From Octopus bimaculoides (taxonomy: Eukaryota): a DNA stretch of 64,000 nt. The position numbers were made by a program, and so were the translations under genes. Location: assembly GCF_001194135.2 (NCBI RefSeq), contig NC_068984.1, forward strand, positions 44,518,166 through 44,582,165, given 5' to 3'. The stretch's first letter is position 1. Each line of letters starts with the position of its first letter. The notes under the pieces are model-generated. The model made no database searches and was not told the DNA's origin. It saw only the letters and a program-made list of their open reading frames with translations. Shown piece by piece: positions 13,506 through 23,728 of this stretch.

Positions 13506-13932
13506 ATAGACTCACAATGAAATACAGCTCCTGCATCTGAGACAGTGCAGCTGCTAACACAAACAAATATGCAAAAGAAAGCCTCCCAAACCATTGACAT
13601 GGAATCACTATCAACACACTTCAATCATTTAACATCACAGATGTGCAGTCTCCTCATTTTGCCCTTTCTACCACTACTATAATAGCACATCTCACATCTG
13701 CTAGTACTTATATTCATATCATTTCCCTACCACCCACACCTGTGCCACACTAATCACTTTAACCAATCCTTCCTTCCCAGAGCATCATCCTTCTAGAATT
13801 CCCTACTCATCCTATTCCTTTTCTAACATGACCATCCCCAGCAGTCTTGAGAAACCTGCAAAAGTTACAGGCTCAGACACTTACTCCTGAATAAATCATT
13901 AAAATAAAACGAAAAAAGTTCAATTTACTGAC

Positions 13933-14164
13933 CTGCTTTCCGTTCTGGTTCAATTACAGTATAAAGGTAGTCGAACCAAAAGAGACCAAACTTTTGCATT
14001 CCATACTGTTCCGTGTAGACTTCAACATGTTTATCAAAATCAGTTATAAAGGATGGTGTTTGAAGAACATTCTCAGCACAGGCGATATCAAACAATGAAT
14101 TGGTTAGGTAACAAAGGGATCCATCGTTATCAATAGATTCACCTCCTTTCATGAGCGTTAGAGA
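13933..14164 (-). CDS. VPS13B: VPS13B coding exon 4
   Basis: ...YLTNSLFD...YTEQYGMQKFGLFWFDYLYT resembles VPS13B YLTNSLFD...YTEIAGMQRFGAFYMDYLYT. Acceptor cttctgtag, donor G|GTCAGT; 232 nt, phases 0/1. Confidence 0.93.
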
Positions 14165-14177
14165 CTACAGAAGAAGA

Positions 14178-14179
14178 TG

Positions 14180-14255
<76 letters not shown>

Positions 14256-14286
14256 CAACAACAACAATAACAATAATAATAATAAT
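14178..14286. repeat. (AAT)n/(AAC)n microsatellite
   Basis: Read directly; it begins about 15 nt upstream of the acceptor of VPS13B coding exon 4. Other microsatellites include (CT)n 4335-4435, (CAA/CAG/CTA)n 49135-49220 and many (TA)n and (GT)n tracts. Confidence 0.95.
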
Positions 14287-14521
14287 ACTTTCTACTATGG
14301 GTACAAAGCCTGAAATTTTGGAGTAAGGGGACTAGTCAATTACATCAACCCTAGTACTCAACTGGTATTCATTTTAATGACTCGAAAGGATGAAAGACAA
14401 AGTGGACCTAGTTGGAATTTGAACTAAGAATGGAAGGACAGATGAAATGCCGCTAAGCATTTCCCCTGGTTTGCTAATGATTCTGCCAGCTTGCCACCTT
14501 AATTAATAAGTGTCTCCACTG

Positions 14522-15056
14522 TGCTGCATCTGTAATAGAGTGGATGAAACCATTGCCCATATCACAAATGAATACCCTACACTTGCCCAAAATGACAACA
14601 AGTTGTGGCAACATGAACAGGTAGCGAAAGTGTTATATTGAAAACTGAGCAAACAGTGGGGGCTAGAGAGAGGCAAAACGTGGTATGAGCACAAACCGCA
14701 GAGAGCGGTGGAGTTGGAGACTTGCAAAATCCTCTGAGATTTCCCAATCCAAACAGATTAGGTGTTAGAGCATAACAGACTGGACCTAGTGGTGGTGGAC
14801 AATGTGCACCACATATGTTATATATGTTGCATGTCCCTTTGACACACAAATAGTCAAGAAGGAAGGCAAAGAAATAGATAAATACAACCCTCTGAAGTAC
14901 GATATAGCCCAGCTATGGAAAATGAAGAAGGTGAAGATAGTACCAATTACTGTTGGGTCCTTGGGGATAGTATCAGAAGACATCAAGAGGAATATAAAGG
15001 AAATTGGAATAGAGTGCCAGTAGAACTGTTACAAAAAGTTTGCCTCCTTGGCACTA
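14522..15056 (+). mobile_element. Restriction-like-endonuclease (REL) non-LTR retrotransposon 3' fragment (R4/Dong/NeSL/HERO-like)
   Basis: C..C...ETIAHI zinc motif, WYEHKP, KIL*DFPIQTD, HNRLDLVVVD, ACPFD, KY..L..., IVPITVGSLG and LQKVCLLGT; several W-to-stop changes. Confidence 0.88.
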
Positions 15057-15869
15057 TATATATATATATATATATATACATGGGTGGGATGGATAGAGTG
15101 GAGCCAGAAAGAGAAGTAAAGATGATAGTGATGAGGAGCAAGAGTGTACCCTCAAGGTAACATATCCAAGAAGATAAACAGAAGAGAGTTTAATGACAGA
15201 AGGATCAAGAAAGGTGGGTAGAGATTGTAAGAGTATGGGGGTGGTACAAGTGAATGGGGGAGGGGGAGGATATAGTTTATGATGAAGTTATAAACTGCAG
15301 AAACTGGAAGCTGAAACAAAAATCATTTCTCTTTACATGAGTGTTATTAAAAGTGTTCTAATTAAATGTTATTTCATATAGTATCTCCTCATACCTCTAA
15401 ACTGAACAACATGCGTGATAATGTGAAGGATATACAAAGGTTGGAAACAAATGAAGCAAGCATGCTTCAGTGGATGTGTAATGTGAGCCCAAATAAATGA
15501 CAGCACTCATCAGAGGTCTTAGTCAATGTGTATAGAGATGAAGACCGCAATGATACAGATATGTGGTGCATACAAAGAATGATATGTGGGTGAAACATAT
15601 CAAATGATACAAGAAGAAGGAGCCTGCAGGGAGGGAGAATCAAAAAAGACATTGGCACAAGTGGTGAGACAGGTATCAGAATGAGGAACTACACAATGGA
15701 GAATAATGAAGGACTGCAACATATGAAGACACACAGTATTGAAATTGACCCATCCAACCCTTGCTGGTATGGAAAGCAAACATAAAGATGATGAGAATGT
15801 TGAAAACAATGATGGGGATGGTGACAATGATGCTCTGAATGCAATAAGATAAACACAGGTATGACTTAC

Positions 15870-16076
15870 ACTGATGTTTTCATTACACACTGAAGTACAC
15901 ACACACGGACCCTGACTTGTCATACAAATATGTGTTATTCCACACTGAACATCCAGGTAGGAATGGCCATAAAGAACCACACTGACAGCAAGGCCACCTG
16001 CCTCCACAAAGATGAAAGGTCGAAACAAGACCCGACTTGGACCAAAATGCACAGCCTCTCTTACAGTTTCTGTCAA
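15870..16076 (-). CDS. VPS13B: VPS13B coding exon 3
   Basis: LTETVREAVHFGPSRVLFRPFIFVEAGG...YLDVQCG. Acceptor ctttttcag, donor AGT|GTAAGT; 207 nt, phases 0/0; joins the neighbouring exons in frame. Confidence 0.88.
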
Positions 16077-16962
16077 CTGAAAAAGAAAATAGAAACCTTA
16101 ATTTTCAATCTTAATCATCTTAATATTTACAAACATAAAATACTTTAACAATTTCATTTACATGAGACAGATATCATTCTTTTATTCTTTAACTTGTTCC
16201 ATTTGACTGTGGCCATGTTGGGGCACCACCGTGAGAGGTTTACTTGGTCAGATCAACTCCAGTACTTATTTTTAAGACTGGTACAAAGCAATGTCTTTAT
16301 TAGCTTTGCATAATTAACAGTTATCCATTGACCAGCAGCGAAATGGAAGAAAATGGCTACAACTGGGTATTAAACTATGTCATGGACTGAACTAGCTGGG
16401 AGTTAATCTCTACTCTGCTGTGTTTGCAAACTATAAGAATAATAGGGACCACCATAAGATGGTCCCTGTTAGTACATGACTTCTTAAAAGAGGCCACATA
16501 GAATCTATCACTCTGAGCTAATAAAACATTTATCAATAATACAGTGACAACCTTACAATAAGGAGTAATGAAGTATAATAGCATCTATTTACAGCCAAAT
16601 TATTGTTGTTTATTCTCTGCTCAGCCTCCAGATTGAGCAGATGTATAATCAAAGGTATTGCAGCCATGACCATCACATCAGTTTTCCGTTTTTTTCTTTA
16701 AAACTACATTACCTAATATATCTTTGCTTCTTTAAGATCATAGGGTATGATTTGAACCAGGTGTCATTAGTATTTGTAGCATATGTGAACACAGAATGTT
16801 CCTCATTAGCTTGTTTACAGTTGGGTGAATTGAACAAGAAAAAGTGAAGTATATCAGCAAAATGAAGCAACTTTCTTTTCCAAGTAAAACATTAAATAGA
16901 ATTTTAAGAAATTTTTTCAAGAATTCCAATAAAATATAATGGAAAATTAAACTAAGACAAAC

Positions 16963-17174
16963 CTTTAACATGACAGATGCATTTTTTATATAAAATCCTA
17001 TGCACAGGACAGCAGGAGATGGTTTTTTTCGAGGTTTATTTAAGGAGTCTTCCTCCTCCTCTTCTTCTTCATAATCTTCTGGTAATATTTGAGGAACAAA
17101 AGACCATGCCCAAGATGCCCAACCTTGATCATCATATTCTGAAAAGGCAGATTCTTCCTGGCTTTCTGCCAAGA
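16963..17174 (-). CDS. VPS13B: VPS13B coding exon 2
   Basis: ...DQGWASWAWSFVPQ...VLCIGFYIKNASVMLK resembles VPS13B QGWVSWAWSFVP...SIGFY. Acceptor atatttag, donor AAG|GTTTGT; 212 nt, phases 1/0. Confidence 0.93.
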
Positions 17175-17824
17175 CTAAATATAAGAGAAATTGAAATTTT
17201 TAGGATAGTTTCTTGAAATTCTAATAATAACAATTTATGTTGATTATTTTTTAATTGCACATGCACATGTGCAAATATGCACACAAAAATTTGGATACAT
17301 TAAATGTGATGTTGAATACAGGACACATAAAAATTATAGAGAAAGAGCTCACACACAAATTTCTATACATCAAATGTGTTGCTGAATACAGGACATAACA
17401 ATAGAGAAGAAAAATACAAAAGCTACAGGGGAACTAGAACCTACATCTCTTAGTATCTCTGAGCATTTACCAATTTCATCATTGCTTTCCTGCTGTTTGT
17501 CAGCTTCGTAAGTCTATGCAATGTATTCAGATCAATCCATTACAATTGCTTTCACTTACAGTTAAGACAAGAAACTTAACAAAAGCTTGTTTTTGAACAA
17601 AATTTCGTAACTCTTTACATTTACATTACTCCAGAGAGGAAACTTACCAATTCCTTAAAATATAATGTATATGACTTTCAGTTTCATTTGTTTACCATGT
17701 GTGTTGATCTGAGATTGTGGTTTAAGACTCAAACAATTGTATTGGGGTAGAATCATTGTAGGCATTAAAAACAAACATACACCATTATATTCACTTTTGC
17801 ATTATGATTAGTTCATAATAGTAA

Positions 17825-17861
<37 letters not shown>

Positions 17862-18460
17862 TATGCATCAAAATGTTTCATCATTCATTTAGAGGCTGGT
17901 CACTGATGATCTACTTCCCACTGTCACTGGAAGTACAGGAATTCCACTGTTACTGCTGTTTTATACATATTGCAATCCATAAATTAAACAACAAATTACC
18001 TTATTAACAAGCTGGTAATATGACAATGGTGTAGATACATATCAAACAACATAGCACAGTTCAAGAATATGATTCTATGTTCTCCAGAAAGTTTTGGTCA
18101 TTCTTCAGGACCTTTTGATATTAAGTAGAATACCATCTAGCCTAATGCATACTGCTGTACTCAGCACCTTGTAGACACTCTCAGTAATACACAGGAAGGA
18201 GTCAGTGAAAAATAGAAGCACCACAACACAGCAGTCTTACAATGATTTATATGTGGAAATGTTTAGACTTTGATTATCCAAATATAATTTCATTGCAAAT
18301 CCTAGTAAAATTAATGAGGGGGCATATTTAAGTAGTACAGAATGTAGAATATATCAGTGTTATAAGCCTTGGATAAGTAAATAAAGATTATGAAAACGAA
18401 GAAGACTCGCATGTTGATGATTAGATTAGATTATTTCCTCTCTAAAGTCACATAATGTGC

Positions 18461-18833
18461 GTGTTGGCACTCCGTCGCTTACGACGTCGAGGGTTCCAGT
18501 TGATCCGAACAACGGAACAGCCTGCTCGTGAAATTAACGTGCAAGTGGCTGAGCACTCCACTGATACGGGTACCCTTAACGTAGTTCTCGGGGATATTCA
18601 GTGTGACACAGTGTGACAAGGCTGACCCTTTGAATTACAGGCACAACAGGAAGAGTGAGAGAAAGTTGTGGTGAAAGAGTACAGCAGGGTTCGCCACCAT
18701 CCCCTGCCGGAGATTCGTGGAGCTTTAGGTGTTTTCGCTCAATAAACACTCACAACACCCGGTCTGGGAATCGAATCCGTGATCCTATGACAACGAGTCC
18801 GCTGCCCTAACCACTGGGCCATTGTACCTCCAC
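18461..18833 (-). mobile_element. Second copy of the same tRNA-headed SINE, inverted relative to 13150-13505
   Basis: Long exact blocks shared in reverse complement, e.g. ggatcaactggaaccctcgacgtcgtaa and gggtcagccttgtcacactgtgtcac. Confidence 0.9.
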
Positions 18834-19288
18834 GCTTTCATAATACTGTACAACATTTCTACATTATATCATCATAGCTGTCAACATAATCTGCTAAATT
18901 TACAGATAAATGTCTCCAGCTATTATTACAGAAGAATTTGTCATATTTATGATAAATAGGTACTATAACAGCATCAAGTTATTAAGGAATATAGTATTTT
19001 CATTGTAGACAGGGCTGTTTGGGTAGCATGATGGATACAATCTACATCACCATGAGTTTAATTGGATCCACAATAAGTTAAGACCTCAGACGAGGGAAGT
19101 AACTCTACAAGCTTCATTTCTCCTGCAAGGTTGCAGGTGCCATGCACAATTCAGTGGTTAGTAGCAGGAAGAGCATCCTGCTAGAAAAACAATTGCTCCA
19201 ACAAAAATAATTTCAGTTATTCCAATATGGGACAACATTTCTACAAACAGCAAAGAGAAAAAAAAAAAATACAATAAAAACCACTTAC

Positions 19289-20213
19289 CGGCTGACTGCC
19301 GAAAAACTTCTTGCGAGTCAGGCTCCACATTACTGTCACTGTCTTCATTTGGTAATTGCAAGGTTCCATAGTAGAGTGCCAAACACAGCTCAATAAGCCG
19401 GACAACAAGGGGTAGCTGTAGGTCTGTCAGAGACACATCGAGTTTCTCACAAAGGATGTTCACTTTGGTAATTAATGGCAACTTAGAGTGAGGACTTTGG
19501 TAGGTCAGGTGCATACGACAACTGAGGGAACAACGGTACAGTAGTGGCTCCTGGTAAATTTCAATTCGACCACTGCTATCACATTTGTCTAAACAAACTG
19601 TCAAGTCACAAAAATTTATCACTTTTCGTAAAATCAGTTCGGCTGGAGTGACCTCAACGAATGCACGGTTCCAGCCAGGACTGACACTGTAGCACTCTGC
19701 AGACTTGACATTTACAGACAAAACAATGTCATCTTCAACAAACTTCAGTATGAGATTATTAACAATAATATTGACATTGTTGATGACTTTGTTGACAAGG
19801 CTCTGAAGGTACCCAGGTGGAAGCTCTTCCTCTACAGGTTGCTTCTTAGGTTTAATCTTTAAAGTCTGTGGTGTAGACCTGGTAGAGCTCTCTGATTTAG
19901 AACTTCTCTTGTCACTATCCCAAGTGCTATCTTTTAACCTGACAATACATTCAATGGTGTTGACAGTAATCACAACAGGTTCTGATCCAAGCCGTGTCCA
20001 TGGTACATGAAGATGAAGTTCATGGATGTGTCCACTTTTGAAGCTGATAGGTAAATTAATTGCTTGTTCAATGGCATCGAGCCGCAAATTAAGGTTGTTC
20101 AAAACAGCATCCCCACCCCAGAGGGATAGCTGGAAATCTTCAGGACGTAGTTTCACATACTTATCTACATATCCCATCAAGAGTGGGGCAATATAGGATT
20201 CAATCTTGAACAT
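19289..20213 (-). CDS. VPS13B: VPS13B coding exon 1 (chorein N domain); exon extends into 5' UTR to the acceptor at 20250
   Basis: MFKIESYIAPLLMGYVDKYVKLRPEDFQLSLWGGDAVL...GHIHELHLHVPWTRLGSEPVVITVNTIEC...LPPGYLQSL...NLILKFVEDDIVLSVN closely matches the VPS13B N-terminus as I know it. Acceptor tttttcag at 20251-20252; donor G|GTAAGT at 19288, phase 1; 925 nt coding. Confidence 0.97.
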
Positions 20214-20459
20214 AGTGACTCAGTCTTAGGAAAGTTCAAGGTAGATAACACTGAAAAACAAAAAAAAATTATGTTACAAGTAGCATGTACAGGTGTGTGT
20301 GTGTGTCACACAGGTGATATACATGGTAAATAATATAGAATCAGCAGCAGCATTTACTTTTCAATGTCGACACAGTTTAGATGGACTTGTAACAGATTCC
20401 CTCAGAAACTGAACCCCTAAAATTTGCACGCATTTTCAACTCTGTGCTGACTCTTTTAC

Positions 20460-20950
20460 TGTATTTTGTTACTTTTGGAAAGAACCATAGTTCAATTAAT
20501 TAGGAAGAAAGTTAGACAAGATGAGATGCAGTCTGGTTCTGTGCTTAGAAGAAGTATTACTGATGCTCTCTTCTTAGTAAGGCAACTGCAGAAGTATTTG
20601 GCTGAGAGCAAATTGCTGTACCTGGCTTTCATTGACCAGGAGAAAACCATCAACAGGATCCCTCACTCCCTCACTCTGGTTGCAGCTGCAGGAGCTACAA
20701 GTAGGTAAATGACAGGTGAGAGCCTCCTTGGTCGGTAAGGCAAGATATATCAATGAGTACAGTGATGAATTTAATGTGCAGGTAAGTGTTCACCAGGGCT
20801 CAGCTCTCAGTCCCTTCTTACTTATCAATGTCCTTAAACAGGGATGTTTAAAACTAGCTGTTCATGGGAACTCCTCTATGTGAACGACCTTGTTCTTATA
20901 ACTGAATCTGTACTAAAATTAGAAAAGAAATCTCAAATCATGCCAACCCA
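20460..20950 (+). mobile_element. RTE-clade LINE RT fragment, decayed
   Basis: SITDALFLVRQLQ...LYLAFIDQEK, VHQGSALSP and WELLYVNDLVL. Confidence 0.82.
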
Positions 20951-21928
20951 TCAAACGTACACCAACAGGAAATGCAAATATGAAATGATAATACATGTAT
21001 ATACATATACCATCATTCAATGTCCACTTTGTCATGCTAGCATGAGTCAGATTAAATGTGTTGCGGAAGAGTTTTCCATGGCCAGATGCTTTTCTTGTTA
21101 TCAACCCTCAACAGTTTCCAAACAAGAGTACTTGTTTTTAGTAATTGTTATATAAATAAACAACACCCAAATAAGCACAACATTATTTTTAACATATATG
21201 ATTATTTACATAAAAAACTGCATCTTTTCTGTGATACTACCAATTTTCATAGTAATCTGGTTACAAATAAAGACACTGTGGACATTTGAATAAACAGACT
21301 CATGTTTAGGCATTTTCTGTTCAATCATTAGGGGATGAAGCTTTTGACTTAGAGGAAATTATCAGCAGCATGATAAAAGTTAAAGGCAAGTCACAGAAAT
21401 TTGCTTATCCCTGAGCTGTGCTGCTTGGCAAGTCTTACCCATCATACCTATATCTACATACATGTTTGAATGGGCCCTAGCATTAGCCAAAACAACCAGC
21501 CATTAATTTTCAACACTAAATACATCCAACCTAGCAGAAGCTACCTTTTCATACTCAACAAAGACTCCTGTAGAAAACACTGAATGTGACCTGTATTTAC
21601 ATACAAATATGAAACCTAACAATAACATATAAACAATCAATAATCCAATTAGCCACACCAATAGTTTCACCAGAAATGTCTTTAGCATCCCTTTCTTTCT
21701 ACTTGCATCCAATAAAAGTTTACTTTCTTCCTCTCCTTCTTTAACTTCTCTACTGTTGCTTAGTCTAGAGCTTCTTTTTCCCTACAAACTCCTTTACCAC
21801 AAGAATATGCCATTACCCTGCTTTGTAGTGATATTGCTCTGGTGAACCGCAACTAAATATATATAAGACATGAACAATGCAATTTTAGTAAGATGAACGT
21901 TACATAGCCAAACTTCGAAGTGTGTGTG

Positions 21929-21964
<36 letters not shown>

Positions 21965-23109
21965 GTTCGTCTGTCCTTCCATTTGGTCTGTTAAGATTTT
22001 CTATTTTTCCTTTGCGCCAGCTTATTACGTTCATCTGATAGTTGAAAGACCCTTTTTGTTGATAACAGGGCCATATTTGTTGTGCACCTGGTATTCGCCT
22101 CCCTGAGGAGGGTGACGTATTGTATTGTCACACCTTGTTTCCTGAGAGCTTGCAGTACTGTGTTGATTTCAATGCTATCGAAAGTTTTCTCCTAATGAAT
22201 ACAACACACAGAGGCAACCAGTACTCTTTTGCTCGTTCCAGCAATTGCATTAAAGTAAATATACGATCTATAGTGCTGTACTCTCATGGCTTCTGATTTT
22301 AACTGACTGGAAGTGTTTACATAAACATGTTTTGTCTTGGTATAAAAAGATGGGCTACAACAAATATTCTGCTCAATGCATGGATTTGCTTGTCAGTTTC
22401 TTGCCTTAACAAACTGAGCATGTTCCTTAGTGACTGACAACATGTGCATCTCTGAGCATGAGCAGACTGTAGTGTGGGAATATCACTGCCATATGTTGAA
22501 AGGAATTCTTTGGGGTTGAACAATTCACTTTGGGAAACTTGGGTGTTTTGTTCATCATCCTTAAGCAACACTCACTGAGGGACTTTTTAAGTGGGATGGA
22601 CTGAAGAAAATTCCAACTGGGCCCTACTTGCAAGGGCATGCGCTGTTTATCTTGATGAGATCACTATGCCATGCACATATGGTTGTGATACATGTGCCTG
22701 GTGTACCCTTATTAGACGGGTAGTCATGATGGGTATATTGGGTTTGACAACCAGTGTTAGCGTGTTACAGGGACATTTTTATGTCCCTGTAACTCCGTAA
22801 CTTGGTGGTTCGGCAAAAGAGAACGACAGAGTAAGTACCAGACTTACAAAAAATAAGTACAGGGGTCGATTTTTCAAGGTGATGCCCTAGCATGGTCACA
22901 GTCTAACAATTACAAAAAAGACAGAAAAAAAGTACCGTAAAGCATATATCGATCTAGACAGGCAAGCATACTGGACTGTTTTCAGTAAGTTCTTTGTTTA
23001 CATTTAAACAGATCAAGTCATCTGTTTCCGCAGGTGAGGATGAAAAGATGAAAACAAAGAACTTATCAGACGCCAGCTTGTGAAACAGGTGAGCAAGCTA
23101 AGCTGACAC

Positions 23110-23330
23110 ACTCACCTTATGATCAACTGTGAGCGAGAGCGCATGATTGTGAGTGGGGGGAATCGGTGGGGGTAATATTGTTCATCAAAACATCAGCTCT
23201 GACAAGAGCAAATCTATAACCAACGACGTTCCAGTTCTGGCCATCTCATCTCATTTTTTCAGACATGTCGCATTAATGATTGCCAATGTGTTCCTTTTCT
23301 TTCGAGTGGTGGAGTGTGACCTGAGGGAGA
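23110..23330 (-). other. Candidate non-coding 5' exon of VPS13B ending at a consensus donor
   Basis: AAG|GTGAGT with exon end at 23116. The ATG exon has an acceptor, so at least one upstream exon must exist. The upper boundary is unknown. Confidence 0.35.
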
Positions 23331-23517
23331 TCTGGCGAATTGGCTGCTATTTCTAGCAGACTGAATGACAATGTGGACAGAATTGTGTGTGTGTGTGTGT
23401 GTGTGTGCGCGCGCTCACGCGTTGTGTGTGAGTGTGTTATTCACTATTCTCAAAGAGATAAAAATGCTGAATTTGCACCAATACCAATTTAAACATCTAT
23501 AATATACCCATGTTCAG

Positions 23518-23728
23518 GGTACTACTAAAGCAGAGTGGTCCCGAACGCGCACCCGCGCAGTCGCGCGTCTGCGCTAGCTAGTCGTGAGTGGTCGATCCTA
23601 CAAAAAGTGCGCGTGTGCAAATGAATACATATGTTTAGGTTTAGGGATAGGGTTAGGATCGACCACTCACGACTAGCTAGCACGGACGCGCGACTGCGCG
23701 TTCGGGACCACTCTGGTTTAGTAGTACC
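23518..23728. mobile_element. MITE with about 75-bp TIRs and a 9-bp TSD (Mutator/MULE-type geometry)
   Basis: Starts GGTACTACTAAA and ends TTTAGTAGTACC. TSD CATGTTCAG at 23509-23517 and 23729-23737. Internal gtttaggtttagggatagggttagg tract. Confidence 0.88.

Noticed and set aside
16375-16584. ORF in a VPS13B intron as a possible extra exon
   Set aside because: The flanking exons already join in frame and match VPS13B continuously, and no similarity was seen.
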